Source: Candidatus Hodarchaeota archaeon (GTDB taxonomy: Archaea > Asgardarchaeota > Lokiarchaeia > Sigyniarchaeales > SOKP01). From it: DNA of 64,000 nt. The notes beneath the pieces are model-generated. The model was not told the origin of the DNA. It made no database searches and saw nothing but the letters and a program-made list of their open reading frames with translations. Position numbers and translations under genes: made by a program. Positions within the stretch are counted from its first letter, which is position 1. Each line of letters begins with the position of its first letter. The stretch spans positions 160,001 to 224,000 of the forward strand of contig JBHLJY010000004.1 of NCBI GenBank assembly GCA_048887225.1, written 5' to 3'. Positions 49,197 through 58,135 of this stretch are shown here, piece after piece.

Positions 49197-49316
49197 TACT
49201 TAAAGAGATTAATTAGTATTTTCATACTAACTTATAATATATTCATACTAGATTTTTAAATGATATTAACTTAATAATTCTAGATTTCCTAAAAAAATTG
49301 AAGAAAAAGAGATATA

Positions 49317-50036
49317 ATGCATTTACCAGATGGTTTGTTAGACCCAATAACAACGGTAATGCTATGGGTTATTACGGTAGCGATACTGATATTTTGTTTC
49401 TCAAGTATTGTAGATGCTTTTAAAGAAGAGGATTCTGAGAAAATAGTACCCTACATAGGCGTGTTAGCGGCCACGATTTTTGCGTTTCAATTTGTCAATT
49501 ATCCAATTCCAGGAGGTACATCAGGACATTTAGTCGGTGGAACCGTGGTTGGAGTAATTCTTGGGCCTTGGGCGGCGGTTATTGTTCTATTTATGGTTTT
49601 AATAGTTCAGAGTTTATTTGGTGATGGAGGAATTACAGCTATAGGCGCAAATACTTTTAATATGGGAATAATTGGTGGAATTGTCGGATTTTACATTGTT
49701 AAAATGATTATTATGATATTAAACAAAACTAATCTTAGAAAGGAGACAAAATTAACAATAGCTACTGGGATTGGTTCTTACATTGCGATTATTTTGGCAG
49801 CATTAGCGTGTGCTATTGAAATTGGAATTGGAGGCGCTATACCGATGGAGATAATAATCCCTGCTATGATTTTCTGGCATATTTTTATAGGTATCGGAGA
49901 AGGGATAATCTCAGCATTAATTGTGTGGTTTATATACAAAACAAAACCTGACTTAATCACAACAGAAGAAAAGTTGAAGCTCGATGATGAAGAACATGTA
50001 GTTTTAACATCAGAAGAAGTTGTGGAGGTTACATAA
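49317..50036 (+). CDS. cbiM: ECF Co/Ni transporter substrate-binding component CbiM/NikM
   Basis: MHLPDGLL N-terminus, GGTSGHLVG and FGDGGITAIGAN motifs. Confidence 0.92.
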   Translation: MHLPDGLLDPITTVMLWVITVAILIFCFSSIVDAFKEEDSEKIVPYIGVLAATIFAFQFVNYPIPGGTSGHLVGGTVVGVILGPWAAVIVLFMVLIVQSLFGDGGITAIGANTFNMGIIGGIVGFYIVKMIIMILNKTNLRKETKLTIATGIGSYIAIILAALACAIEIGIGGAIPMEIIIPAMIFWHIFIGIGEGIISALIVWFIYKTKPDLITTEEKLKLDDEEHVVLTSEEVVEVT

Positions 50037-50039
50037 GAG

Positions 50040-50348
50040 ATGAGTGGTATTGAAAAATATAAATGGCCAGTTCTTACAATTGTAATAATAATTGTTGCTT
50101 TAATGTTAATGATAGCAGTCGGATTTACAATTGGTATCTTAACTGAAGATCCAGATGGATTAGAGAGATCAATAATTGACGCTAGAGGTGAGGATTGGCT
50201 TGAAAGTTTATCCTCTCCATGGGAGCCAATATTAGGATGGATTGGAAACGATTACATTATAGGAATTGTGGGTATTTTTATTACTGTTTTCTTAATAATT
50301 GCTGTGTTTAAATTAGTCGTTAATCTAAAAAAGAAAAAGCAGCAGTAA
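50040..50348 (+). CDS. PDGLE-domain (NikN/CbiN-like) component
   Basis: Two TM helices flanking PDGLE. Confidence 0.85.
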   Translation: MSGIEKYKWPVLTIVIIIVALMLMIAVGFTIGILTEDPDGLERSIIDARGEDWLESLSSPWEPILGWIGNDYIIGIVGIFITVFLIIAVFKLVVNLKKKKQQ

Positions 50349-50435
50349 TCTTTAATATCTCAAAAATTAACTAAATCATACTCGAGACAAATTTTAATAA
50401 CCTAAATCAAAGACATCCAAAGGAGTAATAATAAT

Positions 50436-51233
50436 TTGGAAGCAATTTTACCATTTAGACACGAAAACGAGAAAACATTCTTGAATGAAGTTCATCCTTT
50501 AGTTAGAATGATTTTACCCTTTATTTTTATAATTCCATTTCTCCTAATCGATAATGTTTACCAGATATATATATTTATCATAATTACATTTTTCTTCAGT
50601 CTGATCGTACATTTACCTCTTTTGAGAATTCTTTCAAGACTCAAAAATATTATTCCTTTTATATTTTTTATTACCATTTTTATACCTTTTTATGTAGGAG
50701 AAACTATAATTCTTAAAATTGAAATCGGAATTACTATTAATATTTATAAGGAAGGCTTAACTCGAGCACTTTTATTATTTATGAGAATTTTTGGAGCTAC
50801 GTATATTTTCATGTCATTTTTCTCTTCTTTAACGTATTCAGAGTTTATTGAAGCTCTAACAATGATGAGACTTCCTTCATTTTTAGTTGGTAGTTTCATT
50901 ATAATGCTTCATTATATTCCGATTATAGTTAGTTCAAATAAAAAAATACTGGAGGCTCAAGAACTCCGTGGAAAAAAAATTACAAATTATTGGGAAAAGT
51001 TAAAAGCTCATGGCTACGTAATGGGAAAGAGTCTTGTATCAAATATGGAACGTAGCGAAAAGCTGTACGAAAGTTTAAAAATGCGAGGATTTACAGGTAA
51101 ACTAACTCTTGCTCCGAGGAATATTAAAATAATTGATATAATGTTGTTAGTTCTCTTTCTCGTACTTACTATATATTTCATTTATTTTTTCAATTTGGAT
51201 ATGTTTTATAAGGAGGTTTTAGCACAATTTTAG
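50436..51233 (+). CDS. cbiQ: ECF transmembrane component CbiQ/NikQ
   Basis: AQELRG and SLKMRGF arginine motifs; TM segments. Confidence 0.88.
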   Translation: MEAILPFRHENEKTFLNEVHPLVRMILPFIFIIPFLLIDNVYQIYIFIIITFFFSLIVHLPLLRILSRLKNIIPFIFFITIFIPFYVGETIILKIEIGITINIYKEGLTRALLLFMRIFGATYIFMSFFSSLTYSEFIEALTMMRLPSFLVGSFIIMLHYIPIIVSSNKKILEAQELRGKKITNYWEKLKAHGYVMGKSLVSNMERSEKLYESLKMRGFTGKLTLAPRNIKIIDIMLLVLFLVLTIYFIYFFNLDMFYKEVLAQF

Positions 51234-51976
51234 CTGTAGAAGTTGAAGATTTGAATTTTAATTATAAAAATGGTTTTAGTATTCAGAATTTATCGTTAAA
51301 AATAGAAAAAAATTCAATTTATGCCTTAACGGGTAATAATGGTTCAGGTAAAACAACTTTATTGAGGTTGTTGGTTGGTTTATTAAAACCAAAATCGGGA
51401 ACAATCAAGATTTTTGATGAAGTTCTTACGAGAAATAAAATGCAACTATGGAAGATTAGGCAAAAAATTGGATTTTTATTTCAGAATCCAGATGATCAAT
51501 TATTTGCTCCAACTATAGAAGAAGATGTGGGTTTCGGAGCAAGGAATTTAAAACTAGAGCAAAGCGAAGTAAAAAAACGTGTAGAATGGGCTCTAAAAGC
51601 AGTTAATTTATTAGATTTTAAAGAATTTTCACCCTTTAATTTATCTTGGGGACAAAAAAAACGAGCTTCATTAGCCGGCTTATTAGTAATGAGACCAAAA
51701 CTTTTAATTTTAGATGAGCCATTTGCTAATCTTGATTTTAAATCAATTTACAGCCATCTTGGAATTTTTGAAAAATTAAGGAAAGAAGAGAGGATGACAA
51801 TTTTATTCACATCTCATAATTTATTTTTTGTGGAGAATTGGGCGGATAAGATGCTCGTATTAAATGGCGGTAAATCAATATTTGAAGGCAATCCGAAAAA
51901 AGGACTAGATCATCCCAAAGTTAAGAAAATAATGGGATCATACGACGAGATTAGTGAATTAATTAAAAAGAAATGA
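51227..51976 (+). CDS. cbiO: ECF ATPase CbiO/NikO (probable ATT start at 51227; ORF track TTG at 51251)
   Basis: GNNGSGKTT, FQNPDDQLF, LSWGQKKR and LDEP motifs; AGGAGG at 51211-51216. Confidence 0.9.
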   Translation: MLAVEVEDLNFNYKNGFSIQNLSLKIEKNSIYALTGNNGSGKTTLLRLLVGLLKPKSGTIKIFDEVLTRNKMQLWKIRQKIGFLFQNPDDQLFAPTIEEDVGFGARNLKLEQSEVKKRVEWALKAVNLLDFKEFSPFNLSWGQKKRASLAGLLVMRPKLLILDEPFANLDFKSIYSHLGIFEKLRKEERMTILFTSHNLFFVENWADKMLVLNGGKSIFEGNPKKGLDHPKVKKIMGSYDEISELIKKK

Positions 51977-52062
51977 TTTCTATAATATGAAATCAACCTT
52001 TTTTCCATGATTAATAAATATACACCATCATTAAAATAAAAAAAATATTTTAATAATATAAA

Positions 52063-52518
52063 ATGCATCTCGTATTAACTTACTTTCACAACATAAAAGG
52101 ACCTGATATTTTAATGTCTTATCCAGACATAAAATTAGAACAAGATATAATTGAAAAATTGATGCGATTTTTTGATCTGGACATTAACGAGACTTTTTTT
52201 GAGATTATTTTGATAAACAAGCATAAAAGAATTATAAATTTATTTTTTGAACTTCCTTCTGAGTGGGCCCGTGGAAAAATACAACTTGCTATGCTTTCTT
52301 TGATAATGAAAGAAAAGTACGATAGTAGAATGATTTATACGTTCTTAATTGATGCTGTTCATAAAATTATCTCCACTGAAAATGTTTTTAAGGCTTTTTA
52401 TAAACGCGATGACTTTCAAGATAATGATATTGGAATTGATTTAGGTTATGAAGCGATAAAAAAGATTTTATTTAATTGTTTAAGTAGTTTAATAAAGAGA
52501 TTGAAATCTAAAACTTAA
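52063..52518 (+). CDS. uDENN/longin-like domain protein
   Basis: LVLTYFHNIKGPDILMSYP N-terminus; ARG..QLAMLSL. Confidence 0.55.
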   Translation: MHLVLTYFHNIKGPDILMSYPDIKLEQDIIEKLMRFFDLDINETFFEIILINKHKRIINLFFELPSEWARGKIQLAMLSLIMKEKYDSRMIYTFLIDAVHKIISTENVFKAFYKRDDFQDNDIGIDLGYEAIKKILFNCLSSLIKRLKSKT

Positions 52519-52561
52519 AAATAAAAAAGGAATCTTTAAAATATTTTTTTCTATTATTATA

Positions 52562-52885
52562 TTGGGAAAATAATGACGGAACATCCGCGTTTTCGAGGGC
52601 ACATATGAATATGGATGATTATGTGTGCAAAGAAATGCGAACATCCAGAATTTGATAATCAGTAATTACCTGCGAATAAAACGGGCTCTTTACTAAGCTA
52701 TGATAAAGATCAATGCAATGAGGTTGAAGCCAGCACCCAGATCGCAGACATGATTATTTCCCAAAAAGGCATGAAATTAACGCCTAACACGAGAGAACTT
52801 TTTTAATTTTACGGTATATCCTATAAAAATGAGAAAAAAGTGTTAGTGTGTTTCGGCTCCTTAGGCTACAATCATGCCTTACCCA
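52562..52885 (+). ncRNA. Candidate ~320-nt two-domain structured RNA of unknown family
   Basis: Long-range stems TTGGGAAAATAAT/ATTATTTCCCAA and AAGGCATGA/TCATGCCTT plus several internal helices; lies between convergent genes; TATA-like element upstream, T-rich tract downstream. Confidence 0.55.
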
Positions 52886-52962
52886 CTTAATACTGATTTT
52901 TTAATTTATTTATTTATATTTAAAAAAATAAATCAGTTGAAATCTAAAAATAAGTTTTAATA

Positions 52963-53433
52963 TTAAAATCCTAAAGAATTAGTGCTAAATAATTCTTTTA
53001 ATTCTTCTTTTAATTCTTCTTTATCGCTGCTCTCTAAGTATCTACTTAAAATTTTTGCGATTCTTGGGGCCCATTTTTTCAAAAGAGCACGGACAAACCC
53101 AACTTGAACATTAAAATCGGTTGCAAGAACCAAAGCACCATTATCAAGTTTAATTGAAAAAATCATGCCCTTTTTATATTCAGTAATTTGAAGATTTATA
53201 GTTCCATAACCAAGGATTTCTCCTTGTTCTTCTCCAGCAGTAAAAACAGCACCGCCAATAGCACCAATTTTATCAACCGAAATGTGCTCGTTTTCGGTAA
53301 AAGTAAATTTAGATTGAGAGGCTATCGTTATCCCCGTATCATCAATTATTATGGCGTATTTTAATCCCGCCGTACTATTAATAATTGTAGTTAATATCTG
53401 CTTTAACATTGTCTCATCATCAGAAGAACTCAA
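52963..53433 (-). CDS. Roadblock/LC7 domain protein
   Basis: AIIIDDTGITIAS, IGAIGGAVF, ITEYKKG and VQVGFVR. Confidence 0.8.
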   Translation of the reverse strand: MSSSDDETMLKQILTTIINSTAGLKYAIIIDDTGITIASQSKFTFTENEHISVDKIGAIGGAVFTAGEEQGEILGYGTINLQITEYKKGMIFSIKLDNGALVLATDFNVQVGFVRALLKKWAPRIAKILSRYLESSDKEELKEELKELFSTNSLGF

Positions 53434-53619
53434 AATGATGCCACCCTTTTATTATGACTTAATTCAAGATATTTATTTAAAGTAAATTCTAAACCTTTTC
53501 CCTGATATTTATCTAAATTCCTTGATTATATATAAAAAAATAATAATATTTATCATTTAAAAAATTAAGTCGCTTCTGAACTCATCGATTTTTTGTCATT
53601 TTTTTTCCAATACTACTTC

Positions 53620-53955
53620 TTAAAAAATAACTTGTTTTTTTATAATATTTTTCAATTTTTTAAATCCATGTGTTAATTTTTTAGTTTTGTGTAATAAAAG
53701 AAATAATTTAAAGTTCTTTGACTTATCTAAATTCCTTTTAACTTTTATAAACCTCGAATCTTTTATAAAATCTCGTTTATCTTCTATCGCTGATAAAGCA
53801 AGTATTGATTCATGAATGTGGAAATTTGGAGGTGTTTTTGCTGCTAAAGGAAATCCATGACGATCGGTAATGATTCCTGCTACAAAATTTGGAAAATTTC
53901 TTTCTATCTCTTTAAGAAGAAAATTAACATCTTGTTCATTCAAAATATATTCCAA
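53620..53955 (-). CDS. Roadblock-like protein (short/divergent)
   Basis: FVAGIITDRHGFPLAA...ESILALSA. Confidence 0.55.
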   Translation of the reverse strand: MEYILNEQDVNFLLKEIERNFPNFVAGIITDRHGFPLAAKTPPNFHIHESILALSAIEDKRDFIKDSRFIKVKRNLDKSKNFKLFLLLHKTKKLTHGFKKLKNIIKKQVIF

Positions 53956-54372
53956 TTTTAAATCAACTAACCTATCAATTATTTTTGTTTGATATGTTAA
54001 GTTTGAAAGAAAGATGTCTTTAAATGTTATATTATGGAGGTATTATTAGATAAATATAATACAACTTCTTGGAGATTCTTGAATTAGATTGAAATTGAAA
54101 AAGATGAGAAAAATTTCCTCCAAGTCAAGGCACTTAAAGCTGGAGGAAAAAAGTTTTGCGCTTTTCAAAATCGTTTTTAAAATTTTCTTATTAATGAAGA
54201 TAAAAAAAAAGAAAGATAATAATGTATAAATATTCATACATCATAATTTTAATTAATCTTTAAAAAAAACTTAATCCAAATAAAAAACCAATTAAAAAGC
54301 AGAAGTCTTTCCTTAATGATGGTAAGGAATATATAATTACTATAAAAATTATATCAAGTATGGAGGGATAGA

Positions 54373-54681
54373 ATGGCTTTAATATGTGGTTATTGTGGTG
54401 CAGAGATCGCTTGGAAAAGAAAAAGGACATGGAAAAGAAAAAGAATTGTACACATTAATATTTGCCAAAAGCCATCTATTATATATTTCTGTAACCGAGA
54501 TTGCAAATTAAATTGGATTTTTAAGAAATCCCATTTGAGGCCTGAGTTAGACATCAACGGTAATTGGATTAAAGAAGAAGTTAATTCTATTTTTGATATG
54601 GCAGTAATTGAAGATAACACAAACGAGTTAGAGAAGTATCTAAAAGATAATAATTTAAGGATACTTAGGAGGCTTGAATAA
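54373..54681 (+). CDS. TRASH/MYM-type zinc finger-like protein
   Basis: CGYCG...YFCNRDC; GGAGG SD upstream. Confidence 0.55.
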   Translation: MALICGYCGAEIAWKRKRTWKRKRIVHINICQKPSIIYFCNRDCKLNWIFKKSHLRPELDINGNWIKEEVNSIFDMAVIEDNTNELEKYLKDNNLRILRRLE

Positions 54682-54742
54682 TAGAAATAACTAGAAAATC
54701 GCTCAAATAAAGATAATAGTTGATTTCAATTCCATTACTTTT

Positions 54743-55336
54743 CTAATCGTTATAATTGTAGCGTTGTTCTTTCCATGGATCTGCTTTATTAGAATATCCC
54801 GCTCTTTCCCAATAACCTAATCTATCCTCCTTTAGAAAAGTAATTTTTACAACCCATTTTGCTGATTTATAGAAATATAAATCAGGGATAATTGGTCGGA
54901 CAGGTCCCCCATGTTTATCATTTATGGGCTCTCCCTCATAAGATAGAGCTAAAATGCTATTTCCTTTTTTAATTGCCTCAATCGGAACTGTCGTTGTAAA
55001 ATTATCATCTCCGCATAGAAATTCAACAAAATGAGCTGTTTCTTTTGGTTTTACAATATTCAAGAGTTTTTTAAAAGAAATCCCCCCCCATTTAGTATCG
55101 AATTTGCTCCAAGAAGTAACACAATGGATATCTACAATGACTTCTTTGTCTTGAAGTTTTTCAAGACTTGAAAGCGTAAAAGTCGTTGGATTTTCAACCT
55201 CTCCCTCAATATGTAGTTTATAATTCTCTCTGTTTATGCGTACGATTCGGCCTTTTTGGAGGACCGGAAATCTTTCTGTTATATGTTGACCTGGAGGTAA
55301 TCTTGGTCTTTCTTCATTTTTAAAATTTTCATTCAT
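54743..55336 (-). CDS. Sulfite oxidase-like molybdopterin oxidoreductase (MsrP/YedY-like)
   Basis: RLPPGQ, DIHCVTSWS, HGGPVR, YFYKSAKW and GYWE motifs. Confidence 0.9.
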   Translation of the reverse strand: MNENFKNEERPRLPPGQHITERFPVLQKGRIVRINRENYKLHIEGEVENPTTFTLSSLEKLQDKEVIVDIHCVTSWSKFDTKWGGISFKKLLNIVKPKETAHFVEFLCGDDNFTTTVPIEAIKKGNSILALSYEGEPINDKHGGPVRPIIPDLYFYKSAKWVVKITFLKEDRLGYWERAGYSNKADPWKEQRYNYND

Positions 55337-55407
55337 TAAAAATATAATTCTCTTTTATTGTATCTAAAATTATTAATTATTATACAATTATAAAATTTTT
55401 AATTGAA

Positions 55408-56730
55408 GTGTTTATATTGACAGGAAAAAAAGGAAAGATACAATGCATAAATGATGAAATTCTAGAAAAGATGAGTTTGAAGAATCGTAATAAATTTATA
55501 GATAATAATTTGATTAGTGTTTTAAAGCCTGAACATTTTAATTTTCTACGCAAAACTCAGAGATTTTACGAAAGGTTTGAAAGTAAAAATAACATAACCC
55601 ACGATGAAGATTTTTATGATTGGATTCCAATAATGGGCAAGGAAGGTTTAATTAGTCGTGTTACCAGATTTGAAGATATTGGCTTAAATTACGATCCTTA
55701 TGGGATAACAATAGAGTTTCTAAGAATTTTGGCTACTGACTTATTTGACCCCCAAATGGCTATATTTGCTTAAAATCGCAATTCGCGAGCAAAAGCTATG
55801 GGTATGGGGGCTAGTGTGTTGGCAATAAACCCATTAACGCTCCATCACGAAAATATTGACATTAGATTGAAAGCCCTTAAAGAGTTAGTCACTGGAGAGA
55901 AAATTGGTTGTTGCTGTATTACAGAGCCAGAAAGAGGATCTGATGCTGTACATATGTTAACAACCTGCGATGAAAATGAAGATGGTGGTTATACGATTAA
56001 TGGACAAAAAATTTACCAGACGAATGGTCCTAAGGCAGACTGGGCTATTGTTTATGCATGCACCGAGAAAGATAATGGAAATACTATGGCACAATTTTTA
56101 GTAAATTCTTCATGGGAGGGCTGGAATGTTGAAAGAGTAAATATCCCGTGGACTCCAAGGATCTTTATAGGGAAAGAAACCTTTAGAAATTTAAAAGTTC
56201 CTAAAGAATACGTATTAGGACCCCCAGGGATGGGTAGAGATCATCTTTTTGAAGGATTAAATTTAGAACGTTTAGGTATTGTTGCATTAAATCTCGCACA
56301 GGCATGGAATGCAATATCCCACGCAGTAATTTATGTAAACATGAGAAAACAATTTAATCAAGAAATTTTAAAGTTTCAAGGAGTTGGATTTCCTCTATCA
56401 GATCTATGGGCCAAAACTATGAATTTAACTTTAGCTTTTTTATACATTGCTCAAACCGTTGATGAAAAGATCGAAAAAGGTACTCTTACTAAAGAATTTA
56501 ATTTGGCTCTTGTTGCATCTGCCTCTCAATTAAAATCTCAGAGCGCAAAGCTAAGTGAACGGGTTTGTTACGAATGTGCGAATTTAATGGGCGGCGCGGG
56601 AGCTTGTGATAATACATTAATGCACGATTTACTTGGAATCTCTAGAATTCAAGAAATGGGGGGAGGAACCCGTCAGATACAACAATACATAATGAGCCTA
56701 AGTTTGAGGCAGTTATTCAAAATGTTATAA
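55408..56730 (+). CDS. Acyl-CoA dehydrogenase interrupted by a 36-nt insert (exons 55408-55763 and 55800-56730; 428 aa if spliced)
   Basis: Both track ORFs (55408-55773 and 55798-56730) are in the same frame. Joined sequence reads DLFDPQMAMGMGASVLAINP; ITEPERGSDA, GQKIYQTNG, RKQFNQ and MGGAG motifs. Confidence 0.8.
55764..55799 (+). other. Putative bulge-helix-bulge (BHB) intron in a protein-coding gene
   Basis: Central 4-bp helix GGCT/AGCT; 3-nt bulges ATA and ATG on opposite strands; intron helix TTTGCTT/GAGCAAA; exon helix CCCCCA/TGGGGG; contains an in-frame TAA. Confidence 0.65.
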
Positions 56731-56781
56731 AACTTTATTTAAAGTTTTTTTTTTAAAAAAGAAAAATATAATAAATTCAAA

Positions 56782-57753
56782 TTATCTTTTTTTTAACGAA
56801 ATTCCTAGGTTAAGATTTTCAAATAATTCGCTAAATCTATTTCTAATTGTAACTTCTGTAACCTGTGAAATTTTAGCAATTTTTCTTTGAGTTCTTCTTT
56901 CTTTACATAATATTGAAGCCGCATATATGGCAGCTGCGCAAACTCCAGTTGGACCTCTCCCAGAAGTTAAACCACGTAGTTCTGCTATTTTTATTATTTT
57001 TTTGGATTTTTTATGGCACTGTTGAGATAAACCTAATTCACTTATAAAGCGTATGAGGAAATCCAAAGGTTTAGTAGGATTCAAATTTAATTTTAATTCT
57101 TTTGAAATAAATCTAAAAGACCGACCAATTTCTTTTTTATTGACGCGTGCAACTTCCGCAATTTCATTTAATGTTCTAGGTACATGGAACATTCTACAAG
57201 CTGCATATAAGCTTGCTGCAGCGACCCCTTCAATAGATCTTCCACGAATTAAATGTGCTTCTACTGCATCTCTGTATATTTTTGCTGAGCATTCTCGTAA
57301 ATTCTTTTGAAGATCTAAATTTGAAGCCATACGATCTAATTCACTTAAGGCGAACGTTAAATTTCTTTCAGTTGCATCAGATACTCTAATACGGCTCTGC
57401 CATTTTCGGAGCCGATAAATTTGTGCTCTTAATTTAGCGGGTATTTCCTTTCCGAAGATATCACGATTTTTCCAGTCAATCATTGTACTTAGACCTTTAT
57501 CGTGTATCATGTATGTCATTGGTGCTCCTGTTCTTGTTCTCTTCTTTTTCTGATCAGCATCAAATGCTCGCCATTCTGGCCCGTGATCAATCCATTTCTC
57601 GGATTTTATTAACCCACATTGTTCACATACCATGAAACCTCTATTTCCATCATAAGAGATAGTATTGCCACATTCTGAACAATGTTTTGATGATAATCCA
57701 TCATCATCATGTTTTTCTTCATGTAAAGTCTTAACTTCTTTCCAACTTGAAAT
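56782..57753 (-). CDS. tfb: Transcription initiation factor IIB (probable ATT start at 57753)
   Basis: Complete Zn ribbon CSECG...CEQCG only with the upstream extension; GPEWRAF, HDKGLST and two cyclin repeats. Confidence 0.95.
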   Translation of the reverse strand: MSSWKEVKTLHEEKHDDDGLSSKHCSECGNTISYDGNRGFMVCEQCGLIKSEKWIDHGPEWRAFDADQKKKRTRTGAPMTYMIHDKGLSTMIDWKNRDIFGKEIPAKLRAQIYRLRKWQSRIRVSDATERNLTFALSELDRMASNLDLQKNLRECSAKIYRDAVEAHLIRGRSIEGVAAASLYAACRMFHVPRTLNEIAEVARVNKKEIGRSFRFISKELKLNLNPTKPLDFLIRFISELGLSQQCHKKSKKIIKIAELRGLTSGRGPTGVCAAAIYAASILCKERRTQRKIAKISQVTEVTIRNRFSELFENLNLGISLKKR

Positions 57754-57810
57754 ATTTTACACCTTTTTTTTAAAACTATTTCTTACTTCGAAAATTTTGA
57801 AAGATTGTTA

Positions 57811-58059
57811 TTACACTTTCACATAAAGATTGCTTTTCGGGTTAAATTCTTGACTGGTAATGATTTTAATCGATATAAAAGGTAAAGAGAGAGGCCCAAA
57901 TATTTCTTTAATATATCCAATTTTCTCGTATTTTTCATTATAAACAGGTTTTCTAAAAATTCTTTCGTCTCGGCCTCTATTCCAACTCGTCGTCCTAAAA
58001 ATTCGATTTTTTTTAGACTCTCCTAAATAATATAAGTTTAGTTTAACCCAATCTTTCAA
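57811..58059 (-). CDS. gar1: H/ACA RNP component Gar1/Naf1-like (probable TTG start at 58059)
   Basis: KPVYNEKYEKIGYIKEIFGPLSLPFISIK; gar1-tfb adjacency is common in archaea. Confidence 0.75.
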   Translation of the reverse strand: MKDWVKLNLYYLGESKKNRIFRTTSWNRGRDERIFRKPVYNEKYEKIGYIKEIFGPLSLPFISIKIITSQEFNPKSNLYVKV

Positions 58060-58135
58060 ATTATTACCATACCAAGTTGCTAAGTAATGAATAGTTGATT
58101 GGTAGTTAATATTTAAATTTTTCCTCCAAATTTTT

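Noticed and set aside
52573-52665. Short ORF MTEHPRFRGHI-TGA-IWMIMCAKKCEHPEFDNQ as a possible selenoprotein
   Set aside because: No selenoprotein-like context around the TGA and no convincing SECIS. The region is better explained by RNA structure.
52720-52750. Partial resemblance to SRP helix 8 (AGG...AGCA) and to the RNase P 3' conserved region (ACCCAGATCGCAGAC)
   Set aside because: Spacing and partner motifs do not fit, so the RNA is left unassigned.
54046-54237. 63-aa low-complexity ORF
   Set aside because: F/K/I-rich translation of AT-rich intergenic DNA with no supporting signals.
55759-55799. Reading the ACAD locus as a simple pseudogene or two separate genes
   Set aside because: Both halves are intact and in frame, and the insert's length and boundaries match BHB cleavage geometry. 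The mobile-element reading (GCTAT duplication) is kept only as an alternative.
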